A stretch of 64,000 nucleotides of DNA from a virus: the IMG/VR virus record IMGVR_UViG_3300046002_006949, positions 4,045 to 68,044 of that record; one strand, written 5' to 3'. Made by a program: the position numbers and the translations under genes. Of the stretch, positions 19,631 through 30,153 are shown piece by piece. How positions within the stretch are numbered: the first letter of the stretch is position 1; every line of letters begins with the position of its first letter. The notes below the pieces were generated by a model. That model was not told the DNA's origin. It worked only from the letters and a program-made list of their open reading frames with translations, and searched no databases.

Positions 19631-20148
19631 GTGCTCCCGAGTGGAACATCCTGAACCGAACTCTCCTCACCGTCCGTGACATGGCGGCTACGAAGGTATT
19701 CGTGGCCAGTCAGGGCGAGGTGGTGCGGACTATTGCCCCCAACGCAGTCAAGGTGTGGAAAGCGGTTGAGCAGGGCCGAGGTGAGACCGGATTGGTAAAC
19801 CTCGCCCTCCCCGCTATCCGCATCTCCGTTCTACCTGTTGACTCTACCATCGGTGCTGGACTAAACTGTGCCGACGATGAGGTAGTACGAGTAGCGATCC
19901 AGATCCTCGACAGTTCGAATTTCGACCAGTCCGGCCCGTTAAGGACCTACATGGATTGGATGGATTCGATCCGGTCGGAGTTGTTACAGGTACCGAATCC
20001 GTTCCTCCAGGACGCTGACGTAGCCGTGTATGACCCCTACGTCGTTCATATGGTCAAGAGGCTGCCCGCCGAGGCCCAGAGCCTAATCAGACACGAACAG
20101 CAGGTCGCAATGCTTTCCTTCCAAGTAATGGTGAGGCACCACAGATGA
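19627..20148 (+). CDS. Tail terminator/completion-like protein
   Basis: LPAIRIS motif, size and position just before the tail tube gene. Confidence 0.5.
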   Translation: MSAPEWNILNRTLLTVRDMAATKVFVASQGEVVRTIAPNAVKVWKAVEQGRGETGLVNLALPAIRISVLPVDSTIGAGLNCADDEVVRVAIQILDSSNFDQSGPLRTYMDWMDSIRSELLQVPNPFLQDADVAVYDPYVVHMVKRLPAEAQSLIRHEQQVAMLSFQVMVRHHR

Positions 20149-21011
20149 CAATATCCGTACCAGTAAATGCCCGTATGATGATCGACGGGAATAAGTTCTG
20201 TTTCGCAAAGTTTCTCAACAACAGCTCCGTCGAACGGGTACAGAACCCCGACGCGTTGTGCGGGAATCGAGACCCACTCATCAACCGTACGGCTACCGGC
20301 CGGCGGAAGTTCCAGTTCACAACGTATCATGACATCACGGTCCCGATCCTTCAGGAACTTCTCCCGCTGGCCGGTATGACTCTGGCGACTGGCGCGTACA
20401 CAGCGAACCAAGCGGCGTTGACGGGTATCCCCATCGACATCGATGCGGTAGGTGCGGTCCACAGCTACAGCAACGCCAAGATGACGCGTATGATCCTCCG
20501 GGGCCAGACGGGTACACTGCCGATCTCCATCGAGTGTCAGTGGATCGCTGAGAATGAAACCGAAGGATCGCCGAGTTGGGTTGACGGCACCGTCGATAAC
20601 ATATTCGCTTTCCCGGGGGCAACGTACGCAATCGATGGGGTCAGTGTCGGCTTCGACAGGTTCGCATTCGTCATCGACAACAAGTTGATCCCATCGTGGA
20701 ACTCTTCGGTCACCGTCACGGATGTTGGCAACGGTCCCCGCCAGACGCTGCTGGCAACGAGTATCCCATACATCGCCACTACGAAAGACCTGTACTGGGA
20801 CAACAGGGATTCAACAGCGGCCGGAGTAGACCACGTTCTCGCGATCACAAATGGTACCGACAGCCTGACGATCAATATTCCGAACGCTATCTTCGTCCCA
20901 GAGGCACCTTCAATCGAGGGAGCACTTGAAGAGATTCGTTTGCCGATGACATGGGAAGCACACCGCACCGCCGCTGTTGCCGGCTTCAACCTCGTGCTGG
21001 TCAACACATGA
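20145..21011 (+). CDS. Tail tube (major tail) protein
   Basis: 288 aa beta-rich; FAFVIDNKL, LTINIPNAIF..PSIEG..IRLPMTWEA pattern of tail tube proteins. Confidence 0.65.
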   Translation: MTISVPVNARMMIDGNKFCFAKFLNNSSVERVQNPDALCGNRDPLINRTATGRRKFQFTTYHDITVPILQELLPLAGMTLATGAYTANQAALTGIPIDIDAVGAVHSYSNAKMTRMILRGQTGTLPISIECQWIAENETEGSPSWVDGTVDNIFAFPGATYAIDGVSVGFDRFAFVIDNKLIPSWNSSVTVTDVGNGPRQTLLATSIPYIATTKDLYWDNRDSTAAGVDHVLAITNGTDSLTINIPNAIFVPEAPSIEGALEEIRLPMTWEAHRTAAVAGFNLVLVNT

Positions 21012-21685
21012 TACCTGCTTACCTGAATGATGGTTTCACCGCAGAAGTATCGGCCGGCGTATTCTGCCGGCCGATGCTCTGGGCTGAGAAGAAAGCGTGG
21101 AGAGAGATCGCCGCGTCAAGTACTGACGATGGTTGGTACCGACTCATCCAGCATCACGTCTATGGTGATCCCACCGGCCTGAGCACGGAAGAACGGGCTC
21201 GGGTTGTCGAAGCTGTCCTCGGGTACACAGTGAAGGATGAGAACCGGGACTTCCAGGATCTCAACGATACAGTTCAGTTACATGCGACAAACCCCGGACT
21301 GAGCCTGGCGAGTTGTCAAACTTGTCGAGCGTATTGTTTCAATCACGAAACGGGCGAGGTTTACTTCGGCCCGTCTGGGCAGCCGACTCCGCTGCCAAAG
21401 AATATCAAGGTACCCTGCGAAACGCAGCGAGGATGCCTGAAGGGTCACTGGTCTGAGCCTGTTGGCCTGTCGAACGATAAGTGGTTACTCACCTGGAGAC
21501 ACTTCTGGAGGCATCGGTTTGAGTGCCCTCTGCAGGATGAACTGTGGCACCGAAATCGGATGCTGATTGAATGGACGGTGCTTTATGGACGAGATAAGCG
21601 ATTTGATCCGTTTGTTGGCGGAAGCTCCAATGGAAGAGCCGCCGATGACCCGTCCGAAAGAACTGCTCGACAGGATCGCGATTGA
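21008..21685 (+). CDS. Tail assembly chaperone-like protein with Cys-rich C-terminus
   Basis: Position after the tube gene; FCRPMLWAE, CQTC, C..C.KGH. Confidence 0.5.
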   Translation: MIPAYLNDGFTAEVSAGVFCRPMLWAEKKAWREIAASSTDDGWYRLIQHHVYGDPTGLSTEERARVVEAVLGYTVKDENRDFQDLNDTVQLHATNPGLSLASCQTCRAYCFNHETGEVYFGPSGQPTPLPKNIKVPCETQRGCLKGHWSEPVGLSNDKWLLTWRHFWRHRFECPLQDELWHRNRMLIEWTVLYGRDKRFDPFVGGSSNGRAADDPSERTARQDRD

Positions 21686-22601
21686 GCGTGTTGTAACGCA
21701 GGGCGTCACCCCAGAAGGTAACGCGTCCCCTGAAGCCCGGCCAACAGACGTCAAGGTTGCCCCCGGCATCTCAGCCTCACCAGCAGCCGCCAAGGGATCG
21801 CCCGGCGTCTCAGCTTCCCCCACCGGGACCAACGCGTCAGCGGGCCAGCCAGCGGACCCCAAGGACAGTCCTACCGAGGACGGTACACCCGGCCGTATCG
21901 CTGGGGTCATGCCGTTCCCCGGAATTCCGGCATCGCCATCTGACAAGCCAATATCGGTCGGGGCCTCAGCCAATCCACGCACCGGCATCCCGGACATACC
22001 TGTCGAGGTGGAGGTAAAGCCGAATGGTATGTTTGCCGGGCCGACCGCACCCGTTCGATACAAAGAGGCTCTACCGGGACAACCAATCTCTCCAGTTGGT
22101 GTGGAGCAAAGCCCCGGCCAGCCCGCAGCCCCAGTACGTCGTGACCCCGCTGGTGTGCAGTCCGCCGGCCCCGCGGAGAAACCATTTGACCCCGGACGCA
22201 CCGTATCCCCGCGAACTCAGGAACCTATCAAAGTAGGTGAAGCGAGAGTCTACTCCCCCGAAACTATGGCGGGCCGGGTCGCCACACCAAAGATTCTCGA
22301 CGCAATCGCTGGTGTACCCGCGGCTGAGCGGGAGAAACAATCCTTCACTGGTACAGCTCAGGTCACCCCGCAGTCCCAGGTGACAATCACAGTTCCGCCG
22401 GCTTTTCCGTACGACCCGAAAGAACTCTTTGCAGTTGTCGATAGTTTGATAAACTTACCCCCACGACGAGAACACACCCCCGGACGGAGTCTTTCGTCGC
22501 CAGTTGACCAGACAGAGTTGGAGTCGACTGAGGCGTTCGTTGCCCGGTCGTTCACGGAGAATGTTGGCAAGACGTCTGACTTTGACAGGTGGGACTTATG
22601 A
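21585..22601 (+). CDS. Pro/Ala-rich low-complexity virion protein
   Basis: PGISASP/PGVSASP repeats; occupies the usual tape-measure position. Confidence 0.6.
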   Translation: MDEISDLIRLLAEAPMEEPPMTRPKELLDRIAIERVVTQGVTPEGNASPEARPTDVKVAPGISASPAAAKGSPGVSASPTGTNASAGQPADPKDSPTEDGTPGRIAGVMPFPGIPASPSDKPISVGASANPRTGIPDIPVEVEVKPNGMFAGPTAPVRYKEALPGQPISPVGVEQSPGQPAAPVRRDPAGVQSAGPAEKPFDPGRTVSPRTQEPIKVGEARVYSPETMAGRVATPKILDAIAGVPAAEREKQSFTGTAQVTPQSQVTITVPPAFPYDPKELFAVVDSLINLPPRREHTPGRSLSSPVDQTELESTEAFVARSFTENVGKTSDFDRWDL

Positions 22602-23374
22602 TTTTCAGCTACGGCACATACACGCACGATCAGGACGAAGTGATGGTACGCACTTCGAGCCAATGGATCGTTGACGGGTTCCACCGCCGCATGGGCGAGA
22701 TCATCGAGTACACCATCATCGGCGTGAAGAAGGTTGCCGACGATGTAGACCCAGCCGTGACGCAGGCGGCCCTGACGGACGCTTTGTTCGACTTGACAGA
22801 ATCGTACAACCTGGATAACCAGGATATTGAGCTACTGCAGGACGACGGGACCCCGACAAGGCACGTCCTGTACAACGAAGATACCTTCGGCGGTATCAAG
22901 GTCGTCGTCCCACCGTCATTCATGAATGGACCGTGGGGCGGCCGGGTTGAGTACACGAACTGCCGAACGTACTACATCGTCCTCAGGGCAGAGATCCGCG
23001 TCGGTGACGGACTGTTCTCCCTCAAGCAGAAGTTGACAGTTCGGGGTACCGGCGGCCCGAAGTGGCGGTACAGCCCGAAGTTGGTTGGGGTTCCGGACGG
23101 ACAGGTCCTCCAGACAGACACATCCTTCTGGTACGTCCAGGAGGGAGAAGCGATCGGGAGAACTACCCTCCCGATACCGGCTGACGTACTGTTCCCAACT
23201 ATCGAGCACGGAGAGATGCGGCTGATCGAGTACACCGACGCTGCTGATATCCGGGTAGGCGAAACAGAGAATCAGATGGAGATGTACGGTACCTCCTGGA
23301 AGTACATGATGGAGGCAACGACGGCCCAGGGATTTAGTGCCTTCGTAGTACCAACAGTAGGGGAGCTTACCTGA
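22598..23374 (+). CDS. Tail tip/distal-tail-like protein
   Basis: Beta-rich ORF in the tail operon; assigned by position. Confidence 0.55.
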   Translation: MIFSYGTYTHDQDEVMVRTSSQWIVDGFHRRMGEIIEYTIIGVKKVADDVDPAVTQAALTDALFDLTESYNLDNQDIELLQDDGTPTRHVLYNEDTFGGIKVVVPPSFMNGPWGGRVEYTNCRTYYIVLRAEIRVGDGLFSLKQKLTVRGTGGPKWRYSPKLVGVPDGQVLQTDTSFWYVQEGEAIGRTTLPIPADVLFPTIEHGEMRLIEYTDAADIRVGETENQMEMYGTSWKYMMEATTAQGFSAFVVPTVGELT

Positions 23375-25014
23375 TGGGTTGGACTTTCCCTAGTATCGAT
23401 AAGCCTGTCCAGGCGGAGTACACGCAGACCGTGGGGTTCGCCCCGGACGTGGCTCTACTCCGGTACAACCTGCAAGGGGGAAACCTTCCAGCGACAGGTA
23501 TGCTGACTCTTACTTGGCTTGCCAGCACGATCACACTGCCGAACTGCGTCGTGGACCTGGCCAGCCTCCGGGTCACTGACGACGGTATCTATTCAATCAT
23601 AAAAGTGCTTGACCGACGAGAACTCTGGAAACGCGTCGTACCGATCTCAGGGGAGTACAACACCCTTCGTGCGGGCAGCTTGGCTCGCCAGATGAGTCTT
23701 CGATCGCTCGGCACGATTCTCATGACGGCACTCGGTGAAGCCAGTGCTGTGGTGTCAGCATTACCGATAGATGTCTATCCTCCGGTTTCCTGGAGGTGCG
23801 ATGACGTAGTTGAGGTTGCAGAAGCTCTGTTCACAGAGTATGGTTACACAGTCGCCCTCGGGTTTGGCTCCGAAGCCGTCACCGTGGTGAAGCTCGGCAC
23901 CGGGGCGACTCTTTCTACATCTAATATGTTTGCAGGGTCTGACACCCTTGACCCGAAGCTGACGCCGCGGTACATGCGGAACTGTTTCGGGGATTCAGTC
24001 GCACAGGTGCGACTGAAGATGGAAGCTGTCGGACTTGACACAGATGGTCAGTGGTACCCCATAGACGAACTGTCTTTCACGCCGGGTGCAGGCTGGAGCC
24101 AGACACCGCCGTACACTTTGTCCGGGGCCATAGACACACTGACCGACGAGCAGAAGGTGGAGGCCAACGCTTACGTCAGGTCGGCGTACCGTGTCATGGG
24201 TTTCGCAGACGGAACGTGGGACGTACCAGACGGCTCGGAAACTCTGGCAACACTCGACCAGATCCTCCCGATCGATGGACGACTACTAGGGACCGAGGAT
24301 CTTCGGCCTGACGAGTCGTACAAGCCTCTAAATGTCTACGGGCAGTACCTGAAGCTACCGAAGGAAAAGGCTCAGCCAGCTCTCCCGGAGTTGACCCTGA
24401 TCGGGGACCGAGTGGTCGGACTTCAGTACAAATTCGACGGTGAGTCGGGGCTGTTACTGTTCGACGAACCGATCTTCTACGTTGATACGGCAGACTACTT
24501 CCCTGCGGATCTATGGATCGAGGTAACGATTCGTATCCGAAGTGCAACCACCGGATCGTGGCGACACTACGAGTACGACGTGGAGACGGAGCCGACCGGA
24601 ACTGGGTACTACGCGATTCGTCATGAGGACCGGGCCGAAACGGTAGTGGCGTATGACGCGGACCATCTCGTTACCGGTTTCAGTACGAATCAGGTTGCTT
24701 TGGAGGCATTGGGTGACGCGGCGGCTGCGGCAGCGTCTGGTATGTTTGTGACGACGGCAAGCCAGCATATCATCTACAACCAGCCGGACCTTGCAATTCG
24801 ATGTGACGGTGCTATCATCCAAGTCAACCACGTCATGACGACGGGTGAGTACGAGCACGCGGTTAACCGGACAACCGCGTCCAGAAATTTTGAGTTCGAC
24901 AAGAAGATTCCGTCGAGGGCTCAACGTGTCGCACACCTGAGGGCAACACGATCTGCGGTACACCTCCACCGGGCTAAGGTAGAGGCAGCGAGGGTGAGGG
25001 ACGCTAATGACTGA
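23374..25014 (+). CDS. Tail hub/baseplate-like protein
   Basis: 546 aa; LDRRELW..GEYN pattern; assigned by position. Confidence 0.55.
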   Translation: MGWTFPSIDKPVQAEYTQTVGFAPDVALLRYNLQGGNLPATGMLTLTWLASTITLPNCVVDLASLRVTDDGIYSIIKVLDRRELWKRVVPISGEYNTLRAGSLARQMSLRSLGTILMTALGEASAVVSALPIDVYPPVSWRCDDVVEVAEALFTEYGYTVALGFGSEAVTVVKLGTGATLSTSNMFAGSDTLDPKLTPRYMRNCFGDSVAQVRLKMEAVGLDTDGQWYPIDELSFTPGAGWSQTPPYTLSGAIDTLTDEQKVEANAYVRSAYRVMGFADGTWDVPDGSETLATLDQILPIDGRLLGTEDLRPDESYKPLNVYGQYLKLPKEKAQPALPELTLIGDRVVGLQYKFDGESGLLLFDEPIFYVDTADYFPADLWIEVTIRIRSATTGSWRHYEYDVETEPTGTGYYAIRHEDRAETVVAYDADHLVTGFSTNQVALEALGDAAAAAASGMFVTTASQHIIYNQPDLAIRCDGAIIQVNHVMTTGEYEHAVNRTTASRNFEFDKKIPSRAQRVAHLRATRSAVHLHRAKVEAARVRDAND

Positions 25015-25702
25015 TCGACATATAAAAAACAACCGGTCCTCAGTGGACTTGTCCGCAACGATACCGTGGGTTAACGAATCAGGGGAGGTGATCCCGGCGT
25101 GTGGGGTAGTCCAGCTCAGGACTGCCTTTGACACGACTAGCCACGCCTCAAAACCGAATGGTGCGGACGGGTTATTCTTCACCAGCGGTTTTGCACCAGT
25201 CATCGTAGGCGGTAAAGGTGAATCACTTGTATGGGACAGGCCGAGGCCGGTACTACTTGCGGCAGGTGTTGTGGTAGGGGATGAGGTAGGCCCGGTTGAA
25301 TCTAGCTGGAGCATGACCGCAGATGGAACTGGTTTCCGAGTACTACGTCAGCGGAATGCTGACGGAATCGGCGTTGTCGTCCAGGTCGGCGGCGGCGGCT
25401 CAGGCGGAGGGCACACGATCTGGTTCACGATTGATTCCCTTCTCTGTCCTGAAAGCGATTACGTTTCCGAAACGACACTGGTTGTGACGGCGACACACTA
25501 CAACCAAAGTTGCACGGGAACGCCGCCCGGAGCAAACTACGAGGGCACCTACGATGTGTATGACATCTGCAATTACCTCCACGGTCTGGTCGAAGATGAT
25601 CTGCTCGGAACAACTGGACGCGCCACATACATGTACCCGCTGACAGGAGCCTGCGAGCCCCGTTGGGTGATTGACGACCTTTGTGCCCAGCCGGAGTGTT
25701 GA
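25007..25702 (+). CDS. Tail-associated protein
   Basis: NESGEVIPACGVV start, Gly linker, Cys-containing C-terminus. Confidence 0.6.
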   Translation: MTDRHIKNNRSSVDLSATIPWVNESGEVIPACGVVQLRTAFDTTSHASKPNGADGLFFTSGFAPVIVGGKGESLVWDRPRPVLLAAGVVVGDEVGPVESSWSMTADGTGFRVLRQRNADGIGVVVQVGGGGSGGGHTIWFTIDSLLCPESDYVSETTLVVTATHYNQSCTGTPPGANYEGTYDVYDICNYLHGLVEDDLLGTTGRATYMYPLTGACEPRWVIDDLCAQPEC

Positions 25703-25705
25703 TAG

Positions 25706-27643
25706 ATGCCCCCACGATACCTCCGCAAAGGATCAACAAAACTCAAACCGTGCTCCGAGTTCAAGGTCGAGGCGTGCGACATTGCTCCTGCTGATCAGTG
25801 CTGCGGTGCTTTGCCCTGCACGCTGTGCTTGGAACTGGAAGTCTACGGCGAAGCCACCACGTACGGTACTGCGACGTTCGGCGGCTCATCATGGACTGGC
25901 ACGGTTGGCGGACTGGCGTTTGTATCGTACTGGGAACGTGAAATTCTGCCAGACATTATTCCTGGCACCGAATTAAGTGCTAACTCAATTGGCATGTCGT
26001 GGGCCGCAATCGTAGAGGCGACTTACACGATGGGAAGCCCGGTAGACGAACCGGGGAGGAATGCTAACGAGACGCAACACGTTGAATCTGTTGAGGCGTT
26101 TAATATAGGATTGAGCCAAGTCAGCCAAGAACAGTATTATGCGGTTATGGGGGTGAACCCAAGCTATTTTGAAATTGGAAATAATCCGGTTGAGATGGTG
26201 TCTTGGGATGACGCTAATTTATTTTGCGTTAGACTAAGTGCTCTGCCCGCCGAAGTTGCAATGGGACGAACATATCGGTTGCCGAGTGAAGCAGAGTGGG
26301 AATACGCTTGTCGCTCTGGAGCAACAGGAGCATACTTTTTCGGTGCTGATCCTGCCGACTTGCCGACTCATGGATGGTTTACGAATAACAGTGCTGGGCA
26401 GACGCAAACAAGGGCAACTAAAGTTCCAAACTCAGCAGGCCTATTTGATACTCACGGAAACGTATGGGAGTGGACGGCTGAAGGCGGGGAAGCTAACAAC
26501 ATAGTTCGTGGTGGTGCATGGGATTCAACCGCTGCTGAATGCCGATCAGCAAGCCGCCGTGTTGTTGATCCAACAACCAGATCTAATAACATTGGTTTCC
26601 GTGTCGTAATGATGCAGGGGCCTCCGCTTCCAATCCCACAGATCGGTGAATGCGAGTACATCGTTACCCTCGATGGCGAAGAAGTTTACCGAGCAACCTG
26701 CTACGAAGGGGCAAGCTGTCGAGATCCGGGCGGCTCAGTTGGTGTGACGATTGGCTACGACGAGGGCACTCTCACTTGGACAAAGCACGAGCCACGACCA
26801 TTGGCACTGACCACTGATCCTTATGGGGGGTGCAATGAGTTTTTCTGTGGGACTTGTCGGTGTAGTTGCAGGACGCTGTGCGTTGATGTTTTCGAAGCTC
26901 TGTTTTCCTATGGCACACAATACGCGGTAGACACCTATTCCGGAACACTCACTGACACAGCCTACAGTGATTGTGATCCGCCAGTTTGGGAAGGTACGAT
27001 TGGTAATTTTGAGATCAGGCTGGCACTAGGTCGAGACGATTACGGCAACTGTATAGTTACTGCCACAGTCGACGGGGAAGAATCAACCGCGATTGTCACC
27101 GGCTGCGAAGACCTGTCCGGCACCATAGAGCTTTACGATGGATCGTATTTCAACTTTCGATGCAATGACTGCAACAACTGTGCAACGGTCATCGGTGATT
27201 GCATTTGCGGTCGACCAATGGGGCAAACATTAACGCTGCTGTGGTCATCCGGAAACGGAACGCATGGAGATGCACCACGAGAGTTCCCGCTCAGTTACGG
27301 TATGACGAGTGCCGAAGGAATTGTGTGCGCCCCATATCCTACCGGCGGGCCGTTTCCTGCTTACACCGGCAGTAACTCCGGCAACTATCCAATACCGCAG
27401 GGCGGCACAAGAGGAGACACTCTTTATATAATGATGGTTTGCTGCATCGGATGCCCGTTGTGTGTTTACTATCGCTACGCAACCGCCATAGCTGTCGGGG
27501 ATTTGACGTGGTACTTGACTTACATCAACGTCATCGGGATGGACTGTAATTGCCCCGCGATTCTTACAGTGGATTCATTTTCTGCCCCACTCGACTATCA
27601 AATAAACGATGTCACGATCTTTGAAGAGGCGAGTAACTGCTGA
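25706..27643 (+). CDS. Cys-rich tail/receptor-binding protein with an inserted FGE-sulfatase (CLec-fold) domain
   Basis: NSIGM..MGSP, NPVEMVSWDDA, YRLPSEAEWEYACR, GLFDTHGNVWEW, RGGAW, NNIGFRVV between Cys-rich repeats. Confidence 0.85.
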   Translation: MPPRYLRKGSTKLKPCSEFKVEACDIAPADQCCGALPCTLCLELEVYGEATTYGTATFGGSSWTGTVGGLAFVSYWEREILPDIIPGTELSANSIGMSWAAIVEATYTMGSPVDEPGRNANETQHVESVEAFNIGLSQVSQEQYYAVMGVNPSYFEIGNNPVEMVSWDDANLFCVRLSALPAEVAMGRTYRLPSEAEWEYACRSGATGAYFFGADPADLPTHGWFTNNSAGQTQTRATKVPNSAGLFDTHGNVWEWTAEGGEANNIVRGGAWDSTAAECRSASRRVVDPTTRSNNIGFRVVMMQGPPLPIPQIGECEYIVTLDGEEVYRATCYEGASCRDPGGSVGVTIGYDEGTLTWTKHEPRPLALTTDPYGGCNEFFCGTCRCSCRTLCVDVFEALFSYGTQYAVDTYSGTLTDTAYSDCDPPVWEGTIGNFEIRLALGRDDYGNCIVTATVDGEESTAIVTGCEDLSGTIELYDGSYFNFRCNDCNNCATVIGDCICGRPMGQTLTLLWSSGNGTHGDAPREFPLSYGMTSAEGIVCAPYPTGGPFPAYTGSNSGNYPIPQGGTRGDTLYIMMVCCIGCPLCVYYRYATAIAVGDLTWYLTYINVIGMDCNCPAILTVDSFSAPLDYQINDVTIFEEASNC

Positions 27644-30153
27644 TGAGCGAACATCGCAACTGTTCCGCAATCACGTCGATGAATCCGAACCCACTTCGGG
27701 CAGACCGGCAGTTGCTCTGTATTCAATCATGGTTGGATGCAGGGCTTCGCGTGGTGGTAGTGAACACCGCTGAGGAACTATCCGTAATGACTTTACCGGA
27801 AGGAGTCAGCACGGTTGCGTGTGAAGACCTCACGGCCCTCTACGACCGCAAGACGCAATTGGTTTCTTCACTGGTCCGAGTTGGGATCGAGACCGGCGGG
27901 ATGTTCATGTTGATCAATTCGGACATTGAGATCAGTGGAGACCTCACTCTTATTGACGAGGCTATGAAACACCCGGACGAACTCACGATCGGAATTCGGT
28001 ACAACCATCAGCCGGGAAGACGGTCCCACCCTACGCTGGAGACTTCCGGCCTCGATGTTTTCCTGATGACTCCAGAACTCGCCGCAACTCTTCCCAAGGC
28101 ACCATTCGGGATCGGAAAGCCAGTTTGGGATTACTGGATTCCGCACCATTTTCGAAGTCTCGGCATCAAGTTCAACTGGATTCGACGGCGGCTGTTTTTG
28201 CACGAGACACACGAACTCGGTTGGTCTCATCAGGAGTGGCAGCAAGGGGCGGATTATCTTTGCGCAAACTACGATATCGTTTTGGGGTATGGGTCGGCTG
28301 AGTTCAGGATAAGTCTGGACAAGAATATTCGTGCCCCCGATCCCGTGGTCCAAACTGGGGGCTCCTGCCAGTGCGAACTCTCAGGCTTCTGCACTCTGCG
28401 AAACATCGCACTGAAGCCAACGCTGCAAACGCTTTGTAAACGCGACAAGGGCCGCATTGACGCGATGCTGGCGGGCGAAGCGTACGTGTCGCCGCTGGCC
28501 AAGACAGCAACAAGCCCGCAGCGTAAATCCTGTAGCACGGGGAAGCGTGGCAAATGCACCGACTGCTCAAACGCTGGCACCCTCATGATGGCCGCGATCC
28601 AAGCGGATACAGGACAGCCCGTGTCTTGCGGTTCCTGCAAGACCTATTTGCTATCACTCGACCGCATGTCAGCCCACGATCACGCCGCGATCACTCAGAA
28701 ACTTTACGCGGAAATCTCATGGCCGCAATCATGGCGGGCGGCACATGGCGACAAGGACGGACAGCGGAAGAGGATTGGTGAAATAGTGTCGGGCGTGTTG
28801 GCGATTGCGAAGACAACCTGCAAGGTGGTGAGGCCAGCCAGAGTTCCCGGAGTCAGGGCTTCCCGCAATCACCGCATGATGCGATTGTCAACGTCACAAA
28901 TACAACTCAGAGACGCAGCCCAATCAGCACCACCACCGAAACCAGACCCGTTCACAGACACTCCCGTGATTCATTTCGGTGCCCACATGTGGCCGTTGAA
29001 ACAATACTGGAGATGGCACGCAAAACTGTGGCGAGAACTGGCAGAGACAATCAACGGGCGATGCGTTGTCGGTATTGTTACTGATGATAACACGGCCCCG
29101 ATCGAAGAAGTACAGGCAGCACTGGGTGACAGGTTCGAATTGTTTGTTTCTGCCAACACTCCACAGGGCGAGAACCCCACGTTCCGTGAATTGCAGAACC
29201 GCATTCCGCAGGGGCAAAACGACGTTCTGATTTATGCTCATGCAAAGGGCGTTCGGGAACATACGGCGGCGTCTGAGTCGGTCAGGATATGGACAGAGTG
29301 CATGTACGAAACCGTGGTGTTTAATACATCCAAAGTCGTGCATAAGTTGTCCGAAGGTTACAAGTCTTTCGGTTCGTTTCGATCGTTTGGCAATGTACCG
29401 TTGACCCCCGCTAACAGTTGGCATTACTCCGGAACATTCTTCGCAGTACGGGCGAAACACCTCGGACGAAAAACCGTTAAGACGGGCTACGGTGGTGTTG
29501 AGGCGTGGTGTGGAGATCACATACCAGCAGCCGAAGCGTGGAACGAGTTTGTGGATTCTCCCGGCTTCAAATTTGGTTACGATCTGGCAGCGGTTTATCC
29601 TGCGATTGTAGATGCTCAGATGCAGTGGGAAGCGAACCGAATCGGCGGTATACGATGCGAGCAGCACAAGCGAGAACTGGATTGGTTTATCGGGCAATTG
29701 AAAGCCACAGATCACATACTCGTAATCGGTTCTAAACACGGAGGACTCGAATCCGCAATCAAGCGAAGGCTTCCAGATGTTACAACGGTGGCGATTGATA
29801 TCGCCCCACAGGTCGATAACTCTCAGGTGGTGATAGTCGGAAGCAGCACAGATCCCGACGTGCAACGCAAGGCTCGTGAGGCAGGTCCGTTTGATGTTGT
29901 GTTCATCGACGGTGACCATTCGTATGCGGGTGCGAAAGCTGACTGGGAATTTGCTCTCAGCTTACGACCGCCACTGATCGCATTCCACGACATCGCTGAT
30001 GCAATCAAGCACCGGAATGAGGGCTGTCATGTCGACCGACTGTGGAGCGAGATCAAAACCGCAGGCCACAGGACGGACGAAAAGATTGTAGGTTGTGGCT
30101 GGGGTGGTATCGGCATTGTTTGGAGGGATGAAAATGCACGCAACGGCGTATGA
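27643..30153 (+). CDS. Multidomain glycosyltransferase-like / Cys-rich / SAM methyltransferase fusion
   Basis: LINSDI..GLDVF..GKPVWDYW (GT-A-like), Cys clusters, YAHAKGV..WHYSGTFF (GT-like), FIDGDHSY..AFHDI (Methyltransf_24-like). Confidence 0.7.
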   Translation: MSEHRNCSAITSMNPNPLRADRQLLCIQSWLDAGLRVVVVNTAEELSVMTLPEGVSTVACEDLTALYDRKTQLVSSLVRVGIETGGMFMLINSDIEISGDLTLIDEAMKHPDELTIGIRYNHQPGRRSHPTLETSGLDVFLMTPELAATLPKAPFGIGKPVWDYWIPHHFRSLGIKFNWIRRRLFLHETHELGWSHQEWQQGADYLCANYDIVLGYGSAEFRISLDKNIRAPDPVVQTGGSCQCELSGFCTLRNIALKPTLQTLCKRDKGRIDAMLAGEAYVSPLAKTATSPQRKSCSTGKRGKCTDCSNAGTLMMAAIQADTGQPVSCGSCKTYLLSLDRMSAHDHAAITQKLYAEISWPQSWRAAHGDKDGQRKRIGEIVSGVLAIAKTTCKVVRPARVPGVRASRNHRMMRLSTSQIQLRDAAQSAPPPKPDPFTDTPVIHFGAHMWPLKQYWRWHAKLWRELAETINGRCVVGIVTDDNTAPIEEVQAALGDRFELFVSANTPQGENPTFRELQNRIPQGQNDVLIYAHAKGVREHTAASESVRIWTECMYETVVFNTSKVVHKLSEGYKSFGSFRSFGNVPLTPANSWHYSGTFFAVRAKHLGRKTVKTGYGGVEAWCGDHIPAAEAWNEFVDSPGFKFGYDLAAVYPAIVDAQMQWEANRIGGIRCEQHKRELDWFIGQLKATDHILVIGSKHGGLESAIKRRLPDVTTVAIDIAPQVDNSQVVIVGSSTDPDVQRKAREAGPFDVVFIDGDHSYAGAKADWEFALSLRPPLIAFHDIADAIKHRNEGCHVDRLWSEIKTAGHRTDEKIVGCGWGGIGIVWRDENARNGV

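Noticed and set aside
21008-21685. Programmed frameshift in the tail chaperone
   Set aside because: No convincing slippery heptamer seen; the ORF is already continuous
26480-26610. Diversity-generating retroelement targeting the CLec domain
   Set aside because: No second copy (template repeat) of this region and no reverse transcriptase gene found in the window
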